Source: Escherichia phage QL01
Sequence record: NC_028847.1
DNA: 64,000 bases
Reading direction: 5' to 3' (one strand)
Shown here: piece after piece, positions 1 through 8,805 of the stretch
Layout of the letters: the number at the start of each line of letters is the position of its first letter
How positions within the stretch are numbered: the first letter of the stretch is position 1
Program-made: the position numbers and the translations under genes
The notes under the pieces: generated by a model
Seen by the model: only the letters and a program-made list of their open reading frames with translations
The model's database searches: none
Told to the model about the DNA's origin: nothing

Positions 1-52
1 GGGAAACTACTTTCTCTTGTTCAGATTCAGATAGACATTTAATATTGAACAT
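1..52 (-). CDS. rIIB: rIIB, N-terminal fragment (gene runs off the window start)
   Basis: Minus-strand ATG near 50-52 with AAGGAAA SD; translation MFNIKCLSESEQEKVV resembles T4 rIIB N-terminus (MYNIKCL...); lies directly downstream of rIIA stop. Hand-called. Confidence 0.6.
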   Translation of the reverse strand, partial: MFNIKCLSESEQEKVVS

Positions 53-66
53 AATATTTCCTTAGA

Positions 67-2277
67 TTAAGCCGCTTCCACGGCTTTCATGAATTTAACA
101 ATTTGAGCTACAGAAGCCTCGGTAATGGATGTTCCACGACGATACATGTAGTCTGAAACTAAATGGTAATCAGATTCAAACTGTACAGTCATTTTATCAT
201 TGTTGCTTGAAGCATTATCAGTCAACTTAAAAAAAGTATTGTTACAAATTTTCTTGATAACGGAAAGCTTGTCATCAGTGATATAACCATGGAAATTCAT
301 ATAACGGAATATATCATAGAAATTACTCAGACGAGTATATGCTTCAGTCACAGGTTTATCACTGAAATACTTGGTCATGAAACCGAGCTCAGGGAACTTG
401 GCAATAATTTCAAGGTAATACCGAGCACGGGTATTACTACCAAGGTAATCATCAACATCTACCGCATCTAGAGCTTCGGCATAGGCTTCTAATGTAGCTT
501 CCATCAAGCATTCACACTGGCCTAACTTTTTAATCTTTTTGGCAATCTGAGGGCGAATGATATGGAATTCGGTAGCACCAATCAAATTAGCCATACGACA
601 CATGGTAGTGGTATTGATGTCAAAGATACCATAAGCTTCATCCATTCCCATGATATCAGAACGGCTACCAAACAGAACATAACCTGTAATTTCTTCTGCT
701 TCGGCAGCAGTCAAATACATGGTCTCTTGTTGCCAGCGCCCGTCTTTAATAAACCAACGATAAGCACTTGGTGTTTTAGGGCGCGGTTCTGATGAACGGA
801 CAGTAACCGGAATCCATGGCTTAACAATTTTATTCAGTTCAGAGACTTTATAAAAATGAATTGTGTCACCTTTAAAAAGTTCTTTAACCTTTTCAAGTTG
901 TTGCATTTGCAACATTGAATTTGGGTCGACAAAAATAAGGTCAGTTCCGTATTTAGGAATATTGTTCTCTTTAACAATTTTCTTAGCCGAAGCACTGTTG
1001 TCCATTGCCAGAGCCCAAAGACCTCGAACTAATGGCACACGACCTTTTTCATCATCATAAACAACATGGATTTCTTTCTTATTAATGCCTAATAAATTAC
1101 TAAGTCCTGCTACCGAAGAAGTATTACCACTTGACTTAATTCGTTTCAAACGTGGGTCTGAAACGACTTCGTAAACCACACCTAAATTAATAAGGTCGTT
1201 TTGAAGGGTATAACGCTGGTATAATTTCTCATATGTCAATTTTTCTGTAGTAAACAGGCTAGTTCCACCTTTTTTGGTAAGATAGTCACGAGCACTGTAA
1301 CCAAGGTTAGAAAGGTCACGATAAACATGGCGTGGATTATCAGATTCAACCCATTCCTGTGTATCGTTTTTAAAGACCACTGCATCCAGTGCTTCGATAC
1401 GGGTTGCAATATTTTCCATCGTACGTTTATCAAGAGACAACACTTCACGAGAAGGAGCAATATCCAGTGAACCCATAGGGAACTTAATATAAACTACATC
1501 ATGGCGAGTACGCATCCATGTGCCTTTATTATAGGCAGAATCCAATGGATAAACAATACCACCATAAACTGCATAAAGTCCTGAACGTTCGAAGCTGCCA
1601 TAATTTGTAGTGGTTACAGGATGGTAATCGTCAAATTCAGGGAAATAATCAACTTCAACACCGTCTACATCACCAAGACCAATGAAAGGCCGCATGATAT
1701 AACGAACTTCAGTTTCAAACTTACGGAAATCTTCTTCATCAACAGGAACCGTGATTTCGATACCTGTTTTATCACCTGGCTGCATAGGTTCTACGAAAGT
1801 AGGTTTAATCTGCGGGCCATCACCATCCATATATGCTACATAACCGCGAACTTCGCCATTGTGCCATGAGGTGATATTAAACGTTTCGGTATAACTGAAC
1901 GGAGATTTTGAACCAAGGCCAAAGCCACCGATGAAATCGTTAGAAGCCGTTTTGGATGATGCGAAATAAGAGTTGTACAAACCTGTTTCGTTTTCATCAC
2001 CACGAATTTGGAAATCACTCATACCCGGACCGAAATCACGACATACAAAGCGAGGGTCTAGTTTACCAGGAACCTGTACTTTCCAACGTTCTTTATTACC
2101 ATTTAGAATATGGGCATCAATCATGTTGGTAATTAGTTCACGAACTACGGCACGTACTTTATTACTATAAAGGTCTGATGACAAAATTTTAAAGACCTTA
2201 GGCGATGCCTGAATAGTAAAGCCTGTGGACTTAGCACCATTACCAATGATTTGTTCTTTTTCGGTTTCAATAATCAT
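67..2277 (-). CDS. rIIA: rIIA membrane-associated protein
   Basis: 736 aa ORF; N-terminus MIIETEKEQIIGNGAKS...KVFKILSSDLYSNKVRAVVRELITNMIDAH matches T4 rIIA pattern and GHKL-ATPase-like motifs; position upstream of rIIB. Confidence 0.85.
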   Translation of the reverse strand: MIIETEKEQIIGNGAKSTGFTIQASPKVFKILSSDLYSNKVRAVVRELITNMIDAHILNGNKERWKVQVPGKLDPRFVCRDFGPGMSDFQIRGDENETGLYNSYFASSKTASNDFIGGFGLGSKSPFSYTETFNITSWHNGEVRGYVAYMDGDGPQIKPTFVEPMQPGDKTGIEITVPVDEEDFRKFETEVRYIMRPFIGLGDVDGVEVDYFPEFDDYHPVTTTNYGSFERSGLYAVYGGIVYPLDSAYNKGTWMRTRHDVVYIKFPMGSLDIAPSREVLSLDKRTMENIATRIEALDAVVFKNDTQEWVESDNPRHVYRDLSNLGYSARDYLTKKGGTSLFTTEKLTYEKLYQRYTLQNDLINLGVVYEVVSDPRLKRIKSSGNTSSVAGLSNLLGINKKEIHVVYDDEKGRVPLVRGLWALAMDNSASAKKIVKENNIPKYGTDLIFVDPNSMLQMQQLEKVKELFKGDTIHFYKVSELNKIVKPWIPVTVRSSEPRPKTPSAYRWFIKDGRWQQETMYLTAAEAEEITGYVLFGSRSDIMGMDEAYGIFDINTTTMCRMANLIGATEFHIIRPQIAKKIKKLGQCECLMEATLEAYAEALDAVDVDDYLGSNTRARYYLEIIAKFPELGFMTKYFSDKPVTEAYTRLSNFYDIFRYMNFHGYITDDKLSVIKKICNNTFFKLTDNASSNNDKMTVQFESDYHLVSDYMYRRGTSITEASVAQIVKFMKAVEAA

Positions 2278-2284
2278 ATTTTTC

Positions 2285-2488
2285 TCAATTCAGGTTACGT
2301 TTAAAAATGTCTGCCACTTCAAGGAGCTCGTCCTTAGTAGCGATGTCGTTGAGTATTTTATATCTGATTTCTTTAAAGCGTTCTTTAAAATCCTCAGCCG
2401 CATTGATATCAAAAAATCGTTGGATTAACCGGAATTCTTTATGGACGGCTTTATCGAACAAATCAATATTCACTTTAAAGTTTGACAT
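2285..2488 (-). CDS. hypothetical protein (rIIA.1 position)
   Basis: 67 aa ORF immediately upstream of rIIA, overlapping next ORF; synteny with T4 rIIA.1. Confidence 0.45.
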   Translation of the reverse strand: MSNFKVNIDLFDKAVHKEFRLIQRFFDINAAEDFKERFKEIRYKILNDIATKDELLEVADIFKRNLN

Positions 2489-2798
2489 TTTTAACTACCT
2501 CATGTTGAACATATTCTCTGGTAGAACCTAGTTCAGCCAGAATTCTTCTCATAGAACCCATTGTACTTTTGTGCTCTCTGTGGCGATACATTATCTCTAA
2601 AACCTTTTCCTGGACCACAGGAGAGAGCGCCTGGTTATCTTTAATCTTTAAGGCAATAGATTTTACAGCCTTAAGGTATTCAAGTCCCTTACCGCTTGTA
2701 GTCACTACTCCTTCGTCCTTACAGTTACGAATGGCTGTTTCCATAAAGGATAGAGCCAGGTTGTCAGTGTTCACTATACTGTTATCTTGCATAATCAT
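2475..2798 (-). CDS. hypothetical protein
   Basis: 107 aa ORF with GAGGTGA SD; preceded by early-type promoter and terminator. Confidence 0.5.
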   Translation of the reverse strand: MIMQDNSIVNTDNLALSFMETAIRNCKDEGVVTTSGKGLEYLKAVKSIALKIKDNQALSPVVQEKVLEIMYRHREHKSTMGSMRRILAELGSTREYVQHEVVKNVKL

Positions 2799-2816
2799 AT
2801 TCTCACCTCTTAGAGA

Positions 2817-2846
2817 ATCGTATCATACTTTTAATCAGTTGTAAAC
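2817..2846 (-). promoter_or_regulatory. early-type sigma70 promoter (GTTTAC -35, TACGAT -10)
   Basis: Minus-strand GTTTAC, 18 nt spacer, TACGAT; follows terminator. Confidence 0.45.
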
Positions 2847-2852
2847 CCCGAA

Positions 2853-2870
2853 AAGGGCCCGAAGGCCCTT
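2853..2870 (-). terminator. intrinsic terminator (UUCG tetraloop)
   Basis: GC stem AAGGGCC/GGCCCTT, loop UUCG on mRNA, U-tract follows. Confidence 0.6.
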
Positions 2871-2876
2871 ATTAGT

Positions 2877-3077
2877 TTAGTTACTTGAATCGACCTTATA
2901 GACTTGTCCGCGGGTTTGGTAAACTTCGCCGTCCCATGTTTCAACTGTGATAGTAACGTACTCTGCAAAAAGAGGACGTGTATCTGTCCAGAGATAACCA
3001 TATTCACCTGTGACGAGCGTAACCCAGTACTTTCTCATAAAGTCTCCTTTTGTATGGCACCAATTAGTACCATACAT
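2877..3077 (-). CDS. hypothetical protein
   Basis: 66 aa ORF directly downstream of gene 39, before terminator at 2853-2870. Confidence 0.4.
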   Translation of the reverse strand: MYGTNWCHTKGDFMRKYWVTLVTGEYGYLWTDTRPLFAEYVTITVETWDGEVYQTRGQVYKVDSSN

Positions 3078-3082
3078 ATTTA

Positions 3083-4900
3083 TTACGACATCCAGGCCTT
3101 ACGGAGTTGAGGGTCATTACCAAGGAGCATTTCGAACTGTTCTTTCCAATCTTCAGGTAATTGAACAACATCAAATTTAGGGTCTTGAATCATTCGGCGG
3201 TATTCAGCTTTCTCAAGAGAACCTAGTCCTTTGATATACCGAATAGAATGTTTTGGTAGAGAGTCCTTAGCTTTGGTATAACTAGGAACATCATAGAACC
3301 ATTCCTGTTCTTTACCGACCTGGGCAATAATTACCGGAGTTTTACAGAAACGTACTCGGCCTTGTTCGAACAATTCAGGCCATTGACTAAAGAAGGCTAG
3401 CAATGATGGATAAATCGAACCAGTACCATCCACATCGGCATCGGTCATAATAGCAATATTACGATAGTTGGTTTTCTCTGCGGGTTCACCAATAACCAAT
3501 CCAGTGATTGCACAGATATCAAATAGTTCCTTGTTCTTCATGATATCTGTTGCTGTCATTCCCCAGGTATTCATAACCTTACCACGTAATGGATAGCCAC
3601 CTTGAAGGTCTTTATTACGGACTTCAATGAAAGGACCCATAGCGGAATCACCTTCGGTTAGGAACAGGGTTGTATCAGCATCTTTGCCGTATAAGTTAGC
3701 TTTAATATGCTTATGGACCTTGGCTTTAGAAGCTTTCTTAGCGGCTTTAGTTTCAGCGGCCTTTTCAGCTGCTAATTTACGTGCTAAAGCAGCTTCAACG
3801 ATAGGCATAATCAACCCATCGACCTTAAGAATAGCTGTGGCAATTTTCTTAGCATCAATTTGGATATGATTGCGAATCTCACCAAAAGGAGAGGTCAAAC
3901 GTTCTTTAGTCTGTGAATCAAAACGCATGTTGCTCATATCACGAATGAACATCACCATCGTAAGGCATTCTTTAACACGAGCTTTAGTTACTTCAATTCC
4001 ACGGTATTTCTTTTTAATGCCTGGCAGAAGGTGTTCACAAATATCATCGAATACACATTCAACGTGGTGGCCACCGTTCTTGGTATGGATATTGTTTACA
4101 TAAGTCAGTTGACGGAATCCATCCGGAGAAGGAGTAAATGCCATCGAAACATTATCAGTTTCTTGGATTACAAAGTCTTCACCAAATTGCTTAGCATACT
4201 TTTTAAAGTTGCCATCTACTTTTTTACCATTAAAAGTAAATTGAATATCAGGATAAACTACGGCCAGAGTTTGCAATCGGTCTAATGTAATATCCAGATA
4301 AATTTGTGACAGGCTATTTTCTTCGAAATGATTAAAGTCTGGGGTGAATATAACCGAAGTACCCTTACCTTTAGATTTCTTAGTAGACCAACCTTTGTTT
4401 TCCATTCCGTTTGAACAGTTAACAGTAATCTCATTCTCACCATCAGAGGTGATGCCTGTGAACAAAACAGAGAAGATATTAGTTAAACTACTACCGACAC
4501 CGTTCATGCCGCCTGTCTTACGCTCAGCGTCATCTCCAAAGTTACCACCTGCCTTTGGAATAGTCCATGCAGCTACAGGACCTGGAATCTGTTCACCATT
4601 TTGGTCGGTGACCATTGCTTGTGGAATACCACGACCATTATCAGAAACTGAAACCTGGTTATTCTTAATTTGAACATCAATTTTATTTGCGAATTTAAAA
4701 TTGGTACGAATAGCTTCATCGACAGAGTTATCAATGATTTCATCAATTAATTTAACCAGTCCAGGAACATAGTTTACCTGTGTAAAATTGCCAAACAGGA
4801 ATCGACCGTGAGCTTCATTAGCACTGGAGCCAATATACATCCCACTACGTTTTTTGATATGTTCAATGTCGGACAGTACTTTAATTTCATTCTTAATCAT
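3083..4900 (-). CDS. 39: DNA topoisomerase II large subunit (ATPase; single 605 aa ORF, gene 60 part fused)
   Basis: GHKL/GyrB-type motifs (SGMYIGS, IDEIIDNSVDEA, DNGRGIP); 605 aa, i.e. not split as in T4. Confidence 0.9.
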   Translation of the reverse strand: MIKNEIKVLSDIEHIKKRSGMYIGSSANEAHGRFLFGNFTQVNYVPGLVKLIDEIIDNSVDEAIRTNFKFANKIDVQIKNNQVSVSDNGRGIPQAMVTDQNGEQIPGPVAAWTIPKAGGNFGDDAERKTGGMNGVGSSLTNIFSVLFTGITSDGENEITVNCSNGMENKGWSTKKSKGKGTSVIFTPDFNHFEENSLSQIYLDITLDRLQTLAVVYPDIQFTFNGKKVDGNFKKYAKQFGEDFVIQETDNVSMAFTPSPDGFRQLTYVNNIHTKNGGHHVECVFDDICEHLLPGIKKKYRGIEVTKARVKECLTMVMFIRDMSNMRFDSQTKERLTSPFGEIRNHIQIDAKKIATAILKVDGLIMPIVEAALARKLAAEKAAETKAAKKASKAKVHKHIKANLYGKDADTTLFLTEGDSAMGPFIEVRNKDLQGGYPLRGKVMNTWGMTATDIMKNKELFDICAITGLVIGEPAEKTNYRNIAIMTDADVDGTGSIYPSLLAFFSQWPELFEQGRVRFCKTPVIIAQVGKEQEWFYDVPSYTKAKDSLPKHSIRYIKGLGSLEKAEYRRMIQDPKFDVVQLPEDWKEQFEMLLGNDPQLRKAWMS

Positions 4901-4927
4901 GTTATTTCCTCATGTAGTAGGAGAATA

Positions 4928-4954
4928 TTATCCCATTTCACTTAAAGCATAAAA
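4928..4954 (-). promoter_or_regulatory. MotA-type middle promoter upstream of gene 39
   Basis: Minus-strand aTGCTTTA, 12 nt, TAATAT. Confidence 0.45.
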
Positions 4955-4955
4955 G

Positions 4956-4971
4956 GGCCGAAGCCCTTAAT
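4956..4971 (-). terminator. intrinsic terminator (UUCG tetraloop)
   Basis: Stem AAGGGC/GCCCTT, U-tract. Confidence 0.55.
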
Positions 4972-5227
4972 CAAATCGAATGGTCGACTTTTTAAAGAAT
5001 AATCCAGAACAAACAGTTCCTTCAACCCTTTTACCTGTCGGACCCACAGCAATAAAGCCTGTACGTTGGAAATCATCTTCAGAGCAGCCAAATAGGTTGT
5101 ATCCTGTGATTTGGATTTGTTCGTAGCCATTTGCATCCAATACACGGGTAGCATTATCGGCATCAGTACATCCAACCAAAGAAACTGCTAATACGAGAGC
5201 TGCAATAGAACGATTAATATATTTCAT
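4967..5227 (-). CDS. putative lipoprotein
   Basis: 86 aa; N-terminal signal peptide with lipobox LVGC; terminator immediately after stop. Confidence 0.5.
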   Translation of the reverse strand: MKYINRSIAALVLAVSLVGCTDADNATRVLDANGYEQIQITGYNLFGCSEDDFQRTGFIAVGPTGKRVEGTVCSGLFFKKSTIRFD

Positions 5228-5233
5228 AATTTC

Positions 5234-5410
5234 TCACTTAGTCAGCAGGTCGTAAAAACCGCCATTAACATGTTTAGGAGCCGAGACTAACCGAACAGCC
5301 AGCCGATGGCAATCAGGACAAACATCATTATCTCTTTCAGAGATTTTCTTGATTTTTTCGTATTCTTTTGCACAGTCTTCAGATTGGCATTTGTAATCAT
5401 AAAGTGGCAT
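5234..5410 (-). CDS. small zinc-ribbon protein (CxxC...CxxC)
   Basis: Hand-called 58 aa ORF MPLYDYKCQSEDCAKEYEK...CPDCHRLAV; two CxxC pairs; fills gap between track ORFs. Confidence 0.4.
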   Translation of the reverse strand: MPLYDYKCQSEDCAKEYEKIKKISERDNDVCPDCHRLAVRLVSAPKHVNGGFYDLLTK

Positions 5411-5411
5411 A

Positions 5412-5849
5412 TTATTCCTTAAAGTGAGCTTTCAACATCTGGAAAACTGACCAGGCTTCAGAATTATTAGAGATAGTGATTTTAGTTAAAGGAAAATCAC
5501 TCGGTTCGAATGGAGCTGCATCTTCAGACCGGTCTTCGTCTTCAGAGAAACCATCTTCAGCCCATTCGTCTTCACTGTCAACTACAACCATTTCTGTAAA
5601 GAATTTACGCTCGCTTGGATATAAAACCATATCAGTGTTATCACCATAAGCCAAGTCCACGTTCATCACATAACCTGCCGCTAATCTAACAGGGCAAAAA
5701 CCTTCAGAATTGACAATAATATCTGCTATAGAAGAATTATCAAGACTCCTAATATTACTGGAATTCAGGTTACGGAATTCAGCTTCTGCCGCATCATCTT
5801 TAAAATAATACCATTTACCTTTTTCAAATTCAAGTTCTTTATTAAGCAT
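5412..5849 (-). CDS. hypothetical acidic protein
   Basis: Track ORF trimmed to Met32 so it abuts the upstream gene (TAA/ATG overlap); acidic C-terminus. Confidence 0.5.
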   Translation of the reverse strand: MLNKELEFEKGKWYYFKDDAAEAEFRNLNSSNIRSLDNSSIADIIVNSEGFCPVRLAAGYVMNVDLAYGDNTDMVLYPSERKFFTEMVVVDSEDEWAEDGFSEDEDRSEDAAPFEPSDFPLTKITISNNSEAWSVFQMLKAHFKE

Positions 5850-6060
5850 TGTAAGTTTCCTTCCAGAAGTCGGTGCCTTCAGCAGTGATTTCACGGAACA
5901 CTGCATAGATAGGATTTTTATCGCCTTGATTTTCGTATACATAAACTGACGATAAATGAGAAAACGTATCAGAATGTTCCTTTTGAACCACGATTAAATC
6001 AGGGTTGAACAGAACATCTTCAAATTCTTCACGAGTAGAGTTCACAGTAACTTTAGCCAT
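5842..6060 (-). CDS. hypothetical protein
   Basis: 72 aa ORF downstream of promoter cassette 6091-6120. Confidence 0.45.
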   Translation of the reverse strand: MAKVTVNSTREEFEDVLFNPDLIVVQKEHSDTFSHLSSVYVYENQGDKNPIYAVFREITAEGTDFWKETYNA

Positions 6061-6090
6061 TTTATTTTCCTCTCATTTGTTGATAGGGTA

Positions 6091-6120
6091 ATAGTATCAC
6101 ACTACTACCCTGTTGTATAC
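6091..6120 (-). promoter_or_regulatory. early-type promoter cassette
   Basis: GTATAC -35 variant, 18 nt, TACTAT; conserved CCTATCAAC leader. Confidence 0.45.
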
Positions 6121-6132
6121 TGTTTTTAAACT

Positions 6133-6699
6133 TTATGCAAAATGAATATCAGCATACTCAACAATAAAACTTTCAGGAACTACTTTAAAGGTGCCAAGGA
6201 ACACGATGTTATACAGCTTAACACCTTCTTCAACCCATTGGTCTGTGATGTAACCGGACATACTAGTGGTTTCATAAGTCGGACCATACTTGCAATTGTA
6301 TTCAAACGGTTTAGGTGAAACGAAAAAGACACCTTTACCTAATTTCCATTTGAAATCAACACCAACATGAGATTGGTCAATAGTTTCAACGTCTTGAGCT
6401 ACTACGCCACGGATATCATTGCTTTCACATACATACCCATCATGGGATTCAACTTCTTCAACTACAGGAGCGATGTATCCGGTAAATTCAGTCGATTCCA
6501 AGAATTTAGCACGCACATAAGCGAATTGAGTTTCAGTTTGACCATTTTTAGGAATGATACGCACTTTTACTTCAGAATTTTCTACACTGACACCTTCTTT
6601 AAGTTGGATACTAACAACTTCAACTAAACAGCCTGCAGCTTTTGAACGAGACTTTTTGGATACACGAACAATACCGCCGATATCGGAAATAGTAATCAT
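6133..6699 (-). CDS. hypothetical protein, paralog of 6773-7321
   Basis: 188 aa; C-terminus GYITDQWVEEGVKLYNIVFLGTFKVVPESF shared with neighbouring ORF; own early-type promoter. Confidence 0.55.
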   Translation of the reverse strand: MITISDIGGIVRVSKKSRSKAAGCLVEVVSIQLKEGVSVENSEVKVRIIPKNGQTETQFAYVRAKFLESTEFTGYIAPVVEEVESHDGYVCESNDIRGVVAQDVETIDQSHVGVDFKWKLGKGVFFVSPKPFEYNCKYGPTYETTSMSGYITDQWVEEGVKLYNIVFLGTFKVVPESFIVEYADIHFA

Positions 6700-6741
6700 A
6701 ATTTTTCTCTCTTGGTTAAAGGTTTATTCTCCATGAGAGCC

Positions 6742-6770
6742 ATTATAACATGGCCCTCGATAAAGTAAAC
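6742..6770 (-). promoter_or_regulatory. early-type promoter cassette
   Basis: GTTTAC, 17 nt, TATAAT. Confidence 0.55.
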
Positions 6771-6772
6771 TA

Positions 6773-7321
6773 TTAATTCAATACATTAACCACTGCACTA
6801 CGAGGTACTACACTAAAATCACCAGCATGTACAACGTTCAGAAGCTCAACACCGTCTTCAACCCACTGGTCTGTTACCCAACCACAGATAGGATTATCAA
6901 AAGGACGACGGATAGACACAGCAGCACACAGAAGGTCGGTAGGGTCTTGTTCTTCAACTTCTTGGAACAGGATGAACTCATCTTCATAAACCAGGGTTTG
7001 CTCAATTTTGTTATTGTCTAAACGACGGCCGTGGAGAATATAGGCTTTAGAGAACCACTCACTTTTGGCAAATTCTTCAACAATAAATTCGCCTTCACCA
7101 AAAACATCAGTCAGGGTTTTATGGCCGGAAATCAAGGCCTTAGTTTTAATTTCAGGTTCAACCAGTTTGTAGGTTTTGCCGATTTCGATAGTCTGAGTAG
7201 TCATAGTGGTTTCCTTAATTTCCAGTGGTTTAACAGGGCATACATAAGTGCTTAAAACATCAAAATCAATCAGTTTAGCTGCAGGATTTGGTGTATATTC
7301 AGGGTTATAATTAAATTTCAT
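6773..7321 (-). CDS. hypothetical protein, paralog of 6133-6699
   Basis: 182 aa; C-terminus CGWVTDQWVEDGVELLNVVHAGDFSVVPRS. Confidence 0.55.
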   Translation of the reverse strand: MKFNYNPEYTPNPAAKLIDFDVLSTYVCPVKPLEIKETTMTTQTIEIGKTYKLVEPEIKTKALISGHKTLTDVFGEGEFIVEEFAKSEWFSKAYILHGRRLDNNKIEQTLVYEDEFILFQEVEEQDPTDLLCAAVSIRRPFDNPICGWVTDQWVEDGVELLNVVHAGDFSVVPRSAVVNVLN

Positions 7322-7827
7322 AATTTTCTCATTTCAATAAAATCTACGAGTTCGGCATAGGATTTGCGGAACATTAATTGACGGCTACCAATGACAACCT
7401 CATCTTCAGGGATTTCGTAAACAGCAAGATAGAATCCTTTAGAAGATAATTCTTCACGCTCTTCACGAGTGAACCAGCGCATCATATCATACTCGCTGGC
7501 AAAAGCAAAATGGTAGAGATTAACAAACCAACCTGGAATATAATCATCGCAGCCTTCATAATCAGGCTGGTCCCACTTAGTTCGAATGGTTTTATTAGAA
7601 TTTTCCACCAACAACTTGTCTTGACCTGGTAGCGGAATATTTTTATTATTGGTATGGTGGTGTCTAAAATTAGGTTTGTCGAAACCTACTTCTAATAACC
7701 AACCTTCGCTCCATTCATCAAACGAGCCTCTATACGGTGTTAATTGGCGGCACTGTTGGTGAGTGATTGCTATAACATCGCTGTTATCTAAGATACTGAA
7801 CGATGACTCCACTCGATAAATTTTCAT
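7318..7827 (-). CDS. hypothetical protein
   Basis: Track ORF trimmed to Met15 (MKIYRVESS) because the longer start lies inside promoter 7855-7883; GAGGAG SD. Confidence 0.5.
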   Translation of the reverse strand: MKIYRVESSFSILDNSDVIAITHQQCRQLTPYRGSFDEWSEGWLLEVGFDKPNFRHHHTNNKNIPLPGQDKLLVENSNKTIRTKWDQPDYEGCDDYIPGWFVNLYHFAFASEYDMMRWFTREEREELSSKGFYLAVYEIPEDEVVIGSRQLMFRKSYAELVDFIEMRKL

Positions 7828-7854
7828 TTTGTTCTCCTCATGTTGATAGGGTAG

Positions 7855-7883
7855 ATAATAACATGTCATGAGGAGAAGTAAAC
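7855..7883 (-). promoter_or_regulatory. early-type promoter cassette with 9-bp inverted repeat
   Basis: GTTTAC, 17 nt, TATTAT; arms CTCCTCATG/CATGAGGAG flank the -10. Confidence 0.55.
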
Positions 7884-7887
7884 ACTT

Positions 7888-8562
7888 TTATCGATTTTTT
7901 ATACTTAATGGGTCCGGATTCTCAGGGACATCTTCCAGGCCTAAGGCATAACGTTGGGCATATTTCAGCATCAAGATATCCTTAGCACAGTCATGGATGG
8001 AGTCATGAGCAACAAAGCCGTTCAATGTTCCGTTAGGCAGAGGACACATGCTCAATCCACGAGTTAGTGAATATGCTTCAATAGCTGTACGGATGTCACG
8101 TTGGTTCCAGAATTTAACCGGTTCTAATTTACTGGTATCGATTTCATTCTCAGGAACCCCTTCAGAACGATAAGCATCACGAATAAGGTCGACTAAGATA
8201 GGAAAGTCAAAGGACATTCCACGACACCACATCTGGGATTTCCATTGGTCTACTTCGTTTTTACGGCAGTATTCCAGGAAATTACCGAGACCAATAGAAG
8301 TGGACACATCAATTTCAGATGGAGCCAGGTTTTTACGCGCTTCAGGCCCTTGCTCTTTCCACCACTGCAACGTGCTTTTAGAAAACAGTCGTTTATCACG
8401 TTGAGAAGCGAGGTCAAATTTAATACGAAGGCCTCGTTGAGTAAGCTCTTCAAACGTTTCTACAACCTCTGGATTAGGGTCGTAAGCAATTACGGCTAGG
8501 TCGATAACCGCTGCATTTTGAGTAGTGGCAAAGGTTTCAAAGTCAATAATTATATCTTTCAT
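7888..8562 (-). CDS. dexA: exonuclease A (DEDDh 3'-5' exonuclease)
   Basis: 224 aa; N-terminal IIDFETF and C-terminal H-x4-D motif (AHDSIHDCAKD); synteny next to dda. Confidence 0.8.
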   Translation of the reverse strand: MKDIIIDFETFATTQNAAVIDLAVIAYDPNPEVVETFEELTQRGLRIKFDLASQRDKRLFSKSTLQWWKEQGPEARKNLAPSEIDVSTSIGLGNFLEYCRKNEVDQWKSQMWCRGMSFDFPILVDLIRDAYRSEGVPENEIDTSKLEPVKFWNQRDIRTAIEAYSLTRGLSMCPLPNGTLNGFVAHDSIHDCAKDILMLKYAQRYALGLEDVPENPDPLSIKNR

Positions 8563-8798
8563 TTAACGTACCTCATAAGGTCTCGGATTTGACCGACGGT
8601 GTAGTCTTCAATATAAACTGAAGAGATATTGTCGTCCAATAGACGCTGTACAGCAATAAAATCACTCTCAATCTCTTTAAGAGAGTTCAGGACAGTATGG
8701 GCCTTTTGCCTAATGCTGATATTATTTTGGTTGACTTTAATAATATGTTCGGTTTCAAATTTCAACTTATAAAATTGGTCTTTAGTTACTTTAATCAT
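8559..8798 (-). CDS. hypothetical protein (dda.1 position)
   Basis: Trimmed to Met18 with GAGGAA SD; sits between dda and dexA. Confidence 0.45.
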   Translation of the reverse strand: MIKVTKDQFYKLKFETEHIIKVNQNNISIRQKAHTVLNSLKEIESDFIAVQRLLDDNISSVYIEDYTVGQIRDLMRYVK

Positions 8799-8805
8799 AT
8801 TTTCC

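Noticed and set aside
289-2170. Plus-strand ORFs inside rIIA (289-471, 562-792, 863-1060, 1621-1869, 1973-2170), and similar antisense ORFs throughout (e.g. 14525-14950, 22996-23430, 48862-49350)
   Set aside because: They lie antisense within well-supported minus-strand genes and lack RBS or promoter context; most likely frame artefacts.
2475-4900. T4-style split topoisomerase (separate gene 60 with 50-nt translational bypass)
   Set aside because: Gene 39 is one uninterrupted 605 aa ORF; the small ORFs between it and rIIA show no topoisomerase motifs.
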